From a virus (taxonomy: Duplodnaviria > Heunggongvirae > Uroviricota > Caudoviricetes): a stretch of 43,817 nt of DNA. Position numbers and translations under genes: made by a program. Where the stretch lies: positions 1 to 43,817 of the IMG/VR virus record IMGVR_UViG_2558860161_000008. One strand, written 5' to 3'. Every line of letters starts with the position of its first letter. The first letter of the stretch is position 1. Below, in pieces: positions 36,189 to 43,817 of this stretch. Under the pieces are notes generated by a model. The model ran no database searches and was not told the DNA's origin. It worked only from the letters and a program-made list of their open reading frames with translations.

Positions 36189-37331
36189 ATGCCGTTTAAA
36201 CGACCGACGCTGAGCGAACTCCGCGACGGAAACCGGAAATTTATGCAGGCGGAGCTTGAGGATGTTGGTGCGCTACTGCGCTTCGCGAACCTGAAGGTAC
36301 TGGCTGACATGGATGCGGGGATGGGGCATCTGCATTACGCCTACCTTGACTATATTGCCCTGCAGACAAACCCGTTTACCTCTACCGATGAGTATCTCGC
36401 CGGGTGGATGGCCCTTAAGCAGGTATTCAGAAAACCAGCTGCAGCGGCGAAGTCGCCTGCGGTACAGGCTAGTGGCAGTGTTGACTGTATTATCCCTGTT
36501 GGCTCGATCATTAACCGCGGGGACGGATACCAGTACCGGACGGATGCAGATCTTAAAATTCAGGCAGATGGATTTGGTATCGTCGCGGTGACGGCCATAC
36601 TGCCGGATATTACCAGTGATGTAACGGGTGGAGGCGCGCGCGGTAACGCTGATGCCGGGACCATAATGACCCTGGACGCGAATATTGCTGGCGTGGATCC
36701 ACAGGTAACGTTACTGTCCGCTGCGACCGGCGGAGCCGATATTGAAACGGAAGAGGATTTTCGCAGTCGTGGCTTGCTGGCATGGCAGAATCCGCCTCAG
36801 GGTGGAAGCGACGCCGATTATAAAAAATGGGCGCTTGAGGTTTCGGGCGTCACCCGCGCGTGGGTAAAGCGGCGTCTGAACGGGGCCGGGACCGTTGGCG
36901 TGTATATCATGTGTGATCGGAATGACAATGGTGGGTTTCCGGTCGGTACCGACGGAATATCCCAACTTGAGGACTGGGGGGCTGTTAAAGCCACCGGAGA
37001 CCAGCTCGCTGTCGCCGACCACATCTATCCGCAGCAGACAGACACTGCCATTGTTTTCGTATGTTCCCCGATCAAGAAAGTCATCAATATTGAAATCTCT
37101 GGGATCAAAAATGCCGACAGCACCACAGTTCAGGGGATAAAAGACGCGCTGACGGCGCTGTTTTTTGATGAAGCTAACCCTGATGGTTCCGGGAAAGTTT
37201 ACCTCTCTGATATTAACGGGAGTATCGGCGGTGTTAGCGGCACGACGGGCTATATTCTTAACTCTCCGACGGCCAATATCACCTTTGCTGTTGGCGAAAT
37301 TCCGGTGCTTGGCGGGGTGAATTTTGTATGA
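36189..37331 (+). CDS. Baseplate J-like protein (Mu gp47-like)
   Basis: ATG at 36189 right after the upstream stop; 380 aa. Confidence 0.7.
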   Translation: MPFKRPTLSELRDGNRKFMQAELEDVGALLRFANLKVLADMDAGMGHLHYAYLDYIALQTNPFTSTDEYLAGWMALKQVFRKPAAAAKSPAVQASGSVDCIIPVGSIINRGDGYQYRTDADLKIQADGFGIVAVTAILPDITSDVTGGGARGNADAGTIMTLDANIAGVDPQVTLLSAATGGADIETEEDFRSRGLLAWQNPPQGGSDADYKKWALEVSGVTRAWVKRRLNGAGTVGVYIMCDRNDNGGFPVGTDGISQLEDWGAVKATGDQLAVADHIYPQQTDTAIVFVCSPIKKVINIEISGIKNADSTTVQGIKDALTALFFDEANPDGSGKVYLSDINGSIGGVSGTTGYILNSPTANITFAVGEIPVLGGVNFV

Positions 37332-37921
37332 GCCTCTTTTCAAAAAATGATTATGCCGGTGCGCTTGGTGCGCTGCTACCGACGGGCAGGGCGTGGCCCC
37401 GGTCGCAAAGAACGGTACAGGCTGCGGTATTACGGGCACTGGGCAGCGCGTTTCAGCGTTCTGACAACGATGCGCAAAGCCTGATTACTGGTGCTTTTCC
37501 CCCTACAGCGACGGTAATGTTGTCAGAATGGGAAAGCTCTCTGGGGTTACCAGATGATTGTGCGATTGGTGAATCCGGTGGCGTCAGCGATCGCCAGCGC
37601 GCCGTGGTGGCAAAGTTAATCAGCACCGGCGGCCTGAACCGCGATTATTACATCCGGGTGGCTGCAGCTCTTGGTTATACCATCACTATCACACAGTTCC
37701 GGCCCGCTATGAGTGGCATGTCAGTATGCGGTGATGCGCTTAACGGTGACGAGTGGCCATTTACCTGGCGGATAAATGCGCCACAAACAACGATCAAGTA
37801 TTCGCTTGCTGGCGCGTCCTACTGCGGAGATCCGCTCGCATCGTGGGGCAATAAACAACTGGAGTGTTCAATCAACAAAATTGCCCCATCCCATCTGAAC
37901 ATCATTTTCAATTATTCATAA
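37328..37921 (+). CDS. Tail protein (DUF2313, e14 YmfQ-like)
   Basis: 197-aa ORF, ATGA-coupled to the baseplate J gene. Confidence 0.6.
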   Translation: MSLFSKNDYAGALGALLPTGRAWPRSQRTVQAAVLRALGSAFQRSDNDAQSLITGAFPPTATVMLSEWESSLGLPDDCAIGESGGVSDRQRAVVAKLISTGGLNRDYYIRVAAALGYTITITQFRPAMSGMSVCGDALNGDEWPFTWRINAPQTTIKYSLAGASYCGDPLASWGNKQLECSINKIAPSHLNIIFNYS

Positions 37922-37972
37922 CTGATATTTCCCCCTCTGATTTTATCGCTTAACACTAAGTGAGGATTAACT

Positions 37973-38704
37973 ATGCTCCGAATCGGGCAAGTCGAAGCCA
38001 CTGCAACGCAGGATGGCAAATATACTGATGGAAGTGTTGCTGGTGGTATTGCCGCAACGAGGCTGCGGGCAGCAGCGTTTAATGCCATGCAGGAAGAGTT
38101 AGCGCATATCGTAGAGTCAGCAGGATTGGCGCTCGACATTAACGATATGACTCAGGTTTTAAAAGCCATTCAAAAACTCACACTGAGCCGTGCAAACCCA
38201 TTTGCCGATATCAAATCAGATGGTGCAGCGGCGATTTCTACGGCTCTCACAAACCTTGGATTAACCAACGCGATAATTGGTGATACCTGTAAAGAAGCAG
38301 GGTTCTACTCAGGAAGTGCCCTTGCCCCTTATCTTATGCATGAGGACACTCACACACCCATCCGCCTGGTAACGCTGGATAGCGTTCATCGAGTAACAAC
38401 CACTACTTACACTATTAATTATTATGCGAATGGCTTAATTCATATTTTAGGTATGACCCCAAAAGTCAGCTCTTTGACTCCCAAGACCATGACATTCCCA
38501 GTGGCGTTCCCAAATGCTTGTATTCGGTTTGCATTGCACAACCAAGAAAGTGGCGTCCCATCCTACAATATGGCGATGTATTCTAATTTAAGCAGAACGG
38601 GCGCGAAGATATGGGGAGTGGCAAACATTCTTGGGAACAGTGGAAGCCCGACGCTAGGCGCGCTACCGGACGCTGAAATCTCTTATGAAGCATGGGGTTA
38701 CTGA
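37973..38704 (+). CDS. Tail fibre protein: constant N-terminal part fused to the currently expressed variable C-terminus
   Basis: 243 aa; spans the left inversion crossover site near 38244-38269. Confidence 0.6.
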   Translation: MLRIGQVEATATQDGKYTDGSVAGGIAATRLRAAAFNAMQEELAHIVESAGLALDINDMTQVLKAIQKLTLSRANPFADIKSDGAAAISTALTNLGLTNAIIGDTCKEAGFYSGSALAPYLMHEDTHTPIRLVTLDSVHRVTTTTYTINYYANGLIHILGMTPKVSSLTPKTMTFPVAFPNACIRFALHNQESGVPSYNMAMYSNLSRTGAKIWGVANILGNSGSPTLGALPDAEISYEAWGY

Positions 38705-38705
38705 T

Positions 38706-39143
38706 ATGACATTTTTCTACAGCGCAGCACATAATATTTTTGTTTCAGATATTAACAAAACGAGCTATGAGGATGCTGGCTCGTGGCCAGAAGATGCAAA
38801 AGAAGTTTCAGATGAATTATTTTATCAATATTCGCAAAATCCACCGAAAGGCAAAATTCGATCCCATGCAGATGGCCTGCCCATCTGGGAAGATGTCCCA
38901 CCTATGACTGAAGCAGAACTTATTCTGAAAAATAAGAATGAAAAACAACTTCGTATCGATGAAGCCAATAATTATATGAACGGTAAGCAATGGCCAGGTA
39001 AAGCGGCTATTGGTCGTCTGAAAGGTGAGGAACTGGCGCAATATAATTTGTGGCTGGATTATCTGGACGCACTGGAACTGGTTGATACCTCCAGTGCTCC
39101 AGATATTGAATGGCCTACGCATCCGGCAGTTCAGGCCAGATGA
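38706..39143 (+). CDS. Tail fibre assembly protein (Tfa), current orientation
   Basis: 145 aa; C-terminal LWLDYLDALELVDTSSAPDIEWP typical of Tfa chaperones. Confidence 0.55.
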   Translation: MTFFYSAAHNIFVSDINKTSYEDAGSWPEDAKEVSDELFYQYSQNPPKGKIRSHADGLPIWEDVPPMTEAELILKNKNEKQLRIDEANNYMNGKQWPGKAAIGRLKGEELAQYNLWLDYLDALELVDTSSAPDIEWPTHPAVQAR

Positions 39144-39717
39144 CATCCGGCGCGGTGCTGGTATCTGTTGCCGCCACCGCATCAATGTAATCCAGCACAG
39201 CGTTAAGCCGGGTTGTTTCTGCCTGCGTCAGTTTACGTCCGGCCCGTAATTTCAGCTGAATCAGACTAATGGAAGCCATTGCAGCATCAATCAGTGACTG
39301 GCGTTGGATTTCTGCCGCGTCCACTGCGGCGCTATATTGTGCCTCAGTATCCGTCACCCATTTCTCACCATCCCATTTATCATATGGTGTTAACGGGGTG
39401 ATAGTGGTTATATTTTCAGGGTAATCACCCAGAGCTGTGATTTCTTTGGCGTCTCCCGTTTCGGTGTTATAGACAATTTCACCGCGATGGTCTGGTACAT
39501 ATTCCCATGAGTTAAAATCTGCAGAACGGCAGATTGCATAACCAGCTTTATGTGTAACTGGTGCATCTAAACAAGAACATGCCGGGATACCGACGCCAAC
39601 GGCAAGATATTCTGTTGATGATGAAATGTATTCCCGTGTCGTGTTGTCATAGTTATAGACGGTAATATCACCCGCTACTGTGGCAATAAATTCACTGTTT
39701 AATTTTGCCTGTGTCAT
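39115..39717 (-). CDS. Tail fibre assembly protein (Tfa), alternative orientation
   Basis: 200 aa; C-terminal LNAVLDYIDAVAATDTSTAPDVIWPELP Tfa signature; convergent with the plus-strand tfa. Confidence 0.55.
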   Translation of the reverse strand: MTQAKLNSEFIATVAGDITVYNYDNTTREYISSSTEYLAVGVGIPACSCLDAPVTHKAGYAICRSADFNSWEYVPDHRGEIVYNTETGDAKEITALGDYPENITTITPLTPYDKWDGEKWVTDTEAQYSAAVDAAEIQRQSLIDAAMASISLIQLKLRAGRKLTQAETTRLNAVLDYIDAVAATDTSTAPDVIWPELPDA

Positions 39718-40148
39718 TATGCAGCCCTCACAATGTAGTTAAATGCAATGTTGCGGGGGCGCGTTTCATTTCCGTCGGTGTCGCCGGTATCTCTGCCTGC
39801 ATTACCGGAATAGTCGTATACAGCGCCAGTCCCTCCCCCTGTGGCATAGCCTCTAAAAAACGTAAATGCGTGGTGGTGCGCTTTAAATAAATCGGACTGC
39901 GCCGAGAGAAGCGCGCGCCCCGCGTCAATACCGCGCCCGTCATCCCAGCCACGAATAAACTCACCACGTAAATCTGGCAATTCATTTGTCGGATAAACTT
40001 TTGCCAGTTCCGGATACTCTTCGGCAGAAAAAGGCGCACCATTGCATTTCAGCCAGCCTGTTGGCGGAGTGGCTGAAGGCCACGGAACAGGTACACCAAC
40101 GGGTAACGCTGAGCCTTCTCCCAAACCAACCTTTTTTATAACCATCAA
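39717..40148 (-). CDS. Alternative tail-fibre variable C-terminal segment (silent until inversion)
   Basis: 143-aa ORF with tail-fibre/collar-like motifs (GWLKCNGAPF); 5' end lies in the right crossover site. Confidence 0.55.
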   Translation of the reverse strand: MMVIKKVGLGEGSALPVGVPVPWPSATPPTGWLKCNGAPFSAEEYPELAKVYPTNELPDLRGEFIRGWDDGRGIDAGRALLSAQSDLFKAHHHAFTFFRGYATGGGTGAVYDYSGNAGRDTGDTDGNETRPRNIAFNYIVRAA

Positions 40149-40200
40149 AAATCTGGTGATGCTTCGCCGTTTCTCCTGTTTTCATAACAGGAGAAATCCC

Positions 40201-40764
40201 ATGATTTACGGTTATGCCCGAGTATCAACAAACCACCAGGACACTGAATTGCAACTAACGGCGCTCAAGTCAGCGGGTTGTGAGAAAATTTTTGAAGAGC
40301 ATGCCAGCGGGAGGAAATCGAATCGGCCGGTTCTAAAACGGCTGATCGCCACTATGCAGCCGGGGGATGAACTGGTGGTCTGGAAGCTGGACAGGATAGG
40401 CCGCAACGTTCTGCATGCGCTGTTGATGTTCCAGCAGTTACAGGAAAAGGGTATCAACTTCCGCAGTATTACAGATGGCGTAGACCTGAAAACAGCAAGT
40501 GGTCGCTATAATTTCCGTAATATTCTTTCTGCTGCGCAGTATGAATCTGATTTGAATAGCGAGCGAACTTTAGCTGGTTTGGCTATTGCCAGATCCAAAG
40601 GCCGGATTGGTGGGCGTAGACCGAAGTTTAGCGACGAGCAGTGGCAACAGATGGGAGCGCTCATAGCGGCAGGGAAATCACGGCGTTATGTTGCACGTAT
40701 CTATAACGTTGGGCTATCAACCCTATATAAACGATTTCCTGTTACTGGCATTCAAACGAAATAA
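40201..40764 (+). CDS. Serine DNA invertase (Pin/Gin/Hin family)
   Basis: 187 aa; N-terminal GYARVSTNHQ catalytic serine motif and C-terminal HTH; AGGAGA RBS sequestered in a 10-bp perfect hairpin (40170-40195). Confidence 0.85.
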   Translation: MIYGYARVSTNHQDTELQLTALKSAGCEKIFEEHASGRKSNRPVLKRLIATMQPGDELVVWKLDRIGRNVLHALLMFQQLQEKGINFRSITDGVDLKTASGRYNFRNILSAAQYESDLNSERTLAGLAIARSKGRIGGRRPKFSDEQWQQMGALIAAGKSRRYVARIYNVGLSTLYKRFPVTGIQTK

Positions 40765-40811
40765 TTTAAAAGCAATTTAAAGAGTTATTTGTCTAATGTT
40801 GGAAGCCGCAG

Positions 40812-40847
40812 CCACGTCGTATGCAAGAACGTGCTGCGGCTGGCTGG
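40812..40847. terminator. Bidirectional hairpin between the convergent invertase and DinI-like genes
   Basis: GCCGCAGCCACGT...ACGTGCTGCGGC inverted repeat. Confidence 0.45.
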
Positions 40848-40907
40848 CGAACTTTCGATAGTGCGAGTATTGAATGATTTCCAGCCGTTACCGATTTTAC
40901 GTGTTAA

Positions 40908-41156
40908 TTAGTGAACAAACCACTCGTCAGCAGATTCCCAGGTATCTTTCAGAGTCTCCTGAACAAAAGTTTTTGCAGAATCCTTATCTGCGGTGCGTGT
41001 AACAGAAAGGCCATCGTTGCTGGTGGCTTTTACGATCACCTCTACATCGTCATAACGTTTACTGATGCGTCGGGTTAATTCTTCCTTTAACGCATCCACA
41101 GCACCGGTTGGCATTTTAGTCATTTTTTCTTTGGCTATGCAGATTTCAATACGCAT
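40908..41156 (-). CDS. DinI-like DNA-damage-inducible protein
   Basis: 82 aa; closely matches the DinI pattern (MRIE...AK...[11 protein letters not shown]). Confidence 0.75.
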   Translation of the reverse strand: MRIEICIAKEKMTKMPTGAVDALKEELTRRISKRYDDVEVIVKATSNDGLSVTRTADKDSAKTFVQETLKDTWESADEWFVH

Positions 41157-41169
41157 AAAAGTCCCTCTA

Positions 41170-41214
41170 TACTGTGTTTGTATACAGTATTATTTTTAAC
41201 TGTATGGATAAACA
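41170..41214. promoter_or_regulatory. Two LexA (SOS) boxes upstream of the DinI-like gene
   Basis: TACTGTgtttgtatACAGTA (41170-41189) and CTGTatggataaACAG (41199-41214), both CTGT-N8-ACAG. Confidence 0.6.
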
Positions 41215-41217
41215 GTG

Positions 41218-42315
41218 TCAAGAGATCTTATTTCTGCTCCTTTGGAGCTCTTCAAAACGATTATGTAAAGATTTTGGATACAGTTCGGTATATACCTGCC
41301 ATAGCACGTTTAATGAACGATGCCCTGTAACCTGGGCTACTTCCTCAATACTAAAACCAGCCTCAAATAAGCGACTTGCCCCTTCTCTACGCAAATCATG
41401 GTATCGCAGATCCTTAATACCTAATTTGCTTCTTACCCTCTGAAATCCCGCAGTAACAGAAGTGCTGTTATATGGAAAAATGAATTCCGATTTTTGGGGC
41501 TGTCGTTGGACGATATCCCAGGCTTCCCCAAGCAAGGCTACTTTCATGTGGTTGCCTTCCTTTTTGCGTGGATCTTTCCTGTCTCTTACGAGTATAGATT
41601 TTTGTTCCTGGTCGAGATCTTCCCATCGTAACCGGCATACTTCTCCGATTCGCATACAGGACCACACAGAAAATTTGAGGATATCAACGAACGGAATTTT
41701 TGAGCATTTATGAGTAGATCGTTGTTGAAGGCCTTCAATGAGCATGTCCAGTTCATCAGATGCTGGTCTACGATTACGACGGTTTGATTTACCAATTAAA
41801 CCAAGTTTAAGTAGATATGGACGAGCGGCTTTTGCTGGGTTTGATGTGTAATTAATTCCATATACAGGTTTGGCAGCATCCAGAACACTGCCAAGATAAC
41901 TAACATCGTGGCTAACTGTAGCTGGACCTGCACCAGCGTTGTTTCTTAGCCTGCAATGTTCAATTACGTCATTTTCTGTCAGTTCAGATAGTTTGATCGC
42001 GGAGATGTCACTATCCATAAGCAGTTCCAGCACATATCTTTTAGTACGGCCTGCTTTACCTCCGGCATTTGGGTCATTTAAATATTTGTGTAGTAAGTCA
42101 CGGACTGTAAGTCCGTCAACTGCATTTGATGATGGAATGCCATATAGATCTAATTCCATCACTTTCTGTGTGCCCCATGTTTTGGCATGAGCATGTTTAG
42201 GGAATGTTTTGCTTTCCCTGTAAGTGATAACACCTTTTTCTTTGATAATCACATTACAGCGATAGCGTGGTGTGCCATCGGATTTTAGTCGTTTCTCTAT
42301 GTTATAGTACGCCAT
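41218..42315 (-). CDS. Tyrosine integrase (dusA-associated type)
   Basis: 365 aa; C-terminal catalytic region with R...HDLRR...Y motifs; adjacent to and divergent from dusA. Confidence 0.85.
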   Translation of the reverse strand: MAYYNIEKRLKSDGTPRYRCNVIIKEKGVITYRESKTFPKHAHAKTWGTQKVMELDLYGIPSSNAVDGLTVRDLLHKYLNDPNAGGKAGRTKRYVLELLMDSDISAIKLSELTENDVIEHCRLRNNAGAGPATVSHDVSYLGSVLDAAKPVYGINYTSNPAKAARPYLLKLGLIGKSNRRNRRPASDELDMLIEGLQQRSTHKCSKIPFVDILKFSVWSCMRIGEVCRLRWEDLDQEQKSILVRDRKDPRKKEGNHMKVALLGEAWDIVQRQPQKSEFIFPYNSTSVTAGFQRVRSKLGIKDLRYHDLRREGASRLFEAGFSIEEVAQVTGHRSLNVLWQVYTELYPKSLHNRFEELQRSRNKIS

Positions 42316-42403
42316 TACACGACCTCGTTATTTCGGGTTCCCATAAAACGTGGGAACCTGTGCGGGAACCTAACGCGAGAAAAATAGCCTGAAATGTTCA
42401 AAA

Positions 42404-43441
42404 ATGCACGATAATCATGAAACACAAAAAATTAATCAAACCAGCGTGATGCCTGAAAAAACTGGTGTTTACTGGAATTCTCGGTTTAGCATTGCTCCTA
42501 TGCTCGACTGGACGGACAGACATTGCCGCTATTTCTTGCGTCTGCTTTCCCGCAATACGTTGCTGTATACCGAAATGGTGACCACAGGGGCGATTATTCA
42601 CGGTAAAGGTGATTACCTGGCGTACAGTGAAGAAGAACATCCGGTAGCGTTGCAACTCGGCGGTAGCGATCCGGCGGCGCTGGCACAGTGTGCGAAGCTG
42701 GCAGAAGCGCGTGGATATGATGAGATCAACCTGAATGTCGGCTGCCCGTCTGACCGGGTGCAGAACGGCATGTTTGGTGCGTGTCTGATGGGTAATGCGC
42801 AGCTGGTTGCCGACTGCGTGAAAGCGATGCGCGATGTGGTGTCGATTCCGGTGACGGTGAAAACGCGTATTGGCATCGACGACCAGGACAGCTATGAATT
42901 TCTCTGCGATTTCATCAACACCGTTTCCGGCAAAGGCGAGTGTGAGATGTTCATCATCCATGCACGTAAAGCCTGGCTTTCGGGGTTAAGTCCGAAAGAA
43001 AACCGTGAGATCCCGCCGCTCGATTATCCGCGTGTGTATCAACTGAAGCGTGACTTTCCGCATCTGACAATGTCGATTAACGGTGGTATCAAGTCGCTGG
43101 AAGAGGCCAAAGCACACCTGCAACATATGGATGGCGTGATGGTCGGGCGCGAGGCGTATCAGAATCCGGGTATTCTGGCGGCGGTAGACCGGGAGATCTT
43201 TGGTTCCTCGGATATCGATGCCGATCCGGTGGCGGTAGTGCGCGCCATGTATCCGTACATTGAGCGTGAACTCAGCCAGGGGACGTATCTCGGTCATATT
43301 ACCCGGCATATGTTGGGCTTGTTCCAGGGTATTCCTGGCGCGCGGCAGTGGCGGCGTTATTTAAGTGAAAATGCCCATAAAGCGGGTGCAGACATTAATG
43401 TGCTGGAACACGCGCTCAAACTGGTGGCGGATAAGCGTTAA
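42404..43441 (+). CDS. dusA: tRNA-dihydrouridine synthase A; 5' end likely supplied by the prophage
   Basis: 345 aa; near-full-length match to remembered E. coli DusA; integrase immediately upstream. Confidence 0.85.
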   Translation: MHDNHETQKINQTSVMPEKTGVYWNSRFSIAPMLDWTDRHCRYFLRLLSRNTLLYTEMVTTGAIIHGKGDYLAYSEEEHPVALQLGGSDPAALAQCAKLAEARGYDEINLNVGCPSDRVQNGMFGACLMGNAQLVADCVKAMRDVVSIPVTVKTRIGIDDQDSYEFLCDFINTVSGKGECEMFIIHARKAWLSGLSPKENREIPPLDYPRVYQLKRDFPHLTMSINGGIKSLEEAKAHLQHMDGVMVGREAYQNPGILAAVDREIFGSSDIDADPVAVVRAMYPYIERELSQGTYLGHITRHMLGLFQGIPGARQWRRYLSENAHKAGADINVLEHALKLVADKR

Positions 43442-43470
43442 CTTTTCACCAAAAAATAGTCAAATTCACC

Positions 43471-43503
43471 ACGCCCTGCGCACCGTCGCGGGGCGTTTTG
43501 CTG
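43471..43503 (+). terminator. Rho-independent terminator after dusA
   Basis: ACGCCC...GGGGCGT hairpin followed by TTTTG. Confidence 0.45.
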
Positions 43504-43505
43504 TT

Positions 43506-43540
43506 AAATCAATAGATTATTTTTGGCATGATTCTTGTAA
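43506..43540 (+). promoter_or_regulatory. Candidate sigma-54 promoter with IHF site for pspG
   Basis: IHF-like AATCAATAGATTA (43507-43519); TGGCAT-N5-TTGT -24/-12-like element (43524-43537); -12 deviates from TTGC. Confidence 0.35.
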
Positions 43541-43574
43541 TGCCAGCAAGAGATTTCATATTTGGGAGTGCATC

Positions 43575-43817
43575 ATGCTGGAACTACTTTTTGTGATTGG
43601 CTTTTTTGTCATGCTGATGGTCACCGGCGTTTCGTTGCTGGGCATTATCGCCGCGCTGGTTGTGGCGACGGCCATTATGTTCCTCGGCGGTATGCTGGCA
43701 TTGATGATTAAGTTGCTGCCGTGGTTACTACTGGCGATTGCGGTGGTGTGGGTTATTAAGGCGATTAAAGCACCAAAAGTGCCGAAATATCAGCGTTATG
43801 ACCGCTGGCGTTACTAA
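43575..43817 (+). CDS. pspG: Phage shock protein G
   Basis: 80-aa hydrophobic protein matching remembered PspG; the track ORF extends artificially upstream. Confidence 0.8.
   Translation: MLELLFVIGFFVMLMVTGVSLLGIIAALVVATAIMFLGGMLALMIKLLPWLLLAIAVVWVIKAIKAPKVPKYQRYDRWRY

Larger units (their letters stand above)
38244..40141. other. Invertible tail-fibre host-range segment (approx. 1.9 kb) between invertase crossover sites
   Basis: Right site TTCTCCCAAACCAACCTTTTTTATAA (40116-40141) matches the gix/hix/pix family; left candidate CTCTCACAAACCTTGGATTAACCAAC (38244-38269); convergent tfa pair and alternative fibre C-terminus inside. Confidence 0.5.

Noticed and set aside
40042-40200. 53-codon N-terminal extension of the invertase ORF
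   Set aside because: Would read through the crossover site and the RBS-occluding hairpin; the conserved N-terminus begins at ATG 40201 with a proper RBS.
41174-41443. 89-aa plus-strand ORF overlapping the integrase 3' end and the SOS boxes
   Set aside because: No RBS, overlaps regulatory sites and a well-supported gene on the opposite strand.
43365-43574. Upstream extension of the pspG ORF
   Set aside because: Spans the dusA terminator and the candidate sigma-54 promoter; PspG is an 80-aa protein starting at 43575.

Overview
This window is almost entirely an integrated temperate prophage whose right end abuts the host genes dusA (42404..43441) and pspG (43575..43817). The tyrosine integrase (41218..42315, minus) sits directly upstream of, and divergent from, dusA, and the dusA 5' end appears to be phage-supplied, as expected for dusA-targeting integrases. 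Reading right to left, the prophage is modular and mosaic: int and a DinI-like gene with two LexA boxes; a Pin/Gin/Hin-type invertase with an invertible tail-fibre segment (alternative fibre C-termini and two convergent tfa genes); a Mu-like contractile tail (sheath, tube, frameshifted chaperone, tape measure, DNA-circulation protein, baseplate); a lambda-like head and packaging module (Nu1-like and A-like terminase, W, portal, protease, acidic scaffold, decoration protein, major capsid); a lysis cassette (pinholin, SAR endolysin, spanin); an orphan DNA methyltransferase; a Q antiterminator with pR'/tR'; a replication and recombination block (O-like initiator with internal iterons, RusA, KilA-N, DUF968, orphan LexA-type DNA-binding protein); a cI/cro immunity switch with duplicated operator/promoter units; and a leftward early operon (YfdP/YfdQ/YfdR-like, DUF551, DnaQ-like exonuclease, PrtN-like). 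At the far left is a Panacea (DUF4065)-like gene translationally coupled to an unrecognised ORF, which is my leading candidate for an undescribed toxin-antitoxin or defence cassette. Other items worth follow-up are a ~300 bp GC-rich, heavily structured RNA element in the leftward early transcript, an array of 8 TGTCCCA repeats abutting the small terminase start, and an amber-interrupted small membrane-protein moron between the tape measure and baseplate genes. All assignments rest on reading the sequence and ORF translations against remembered protein families; no database search was run.
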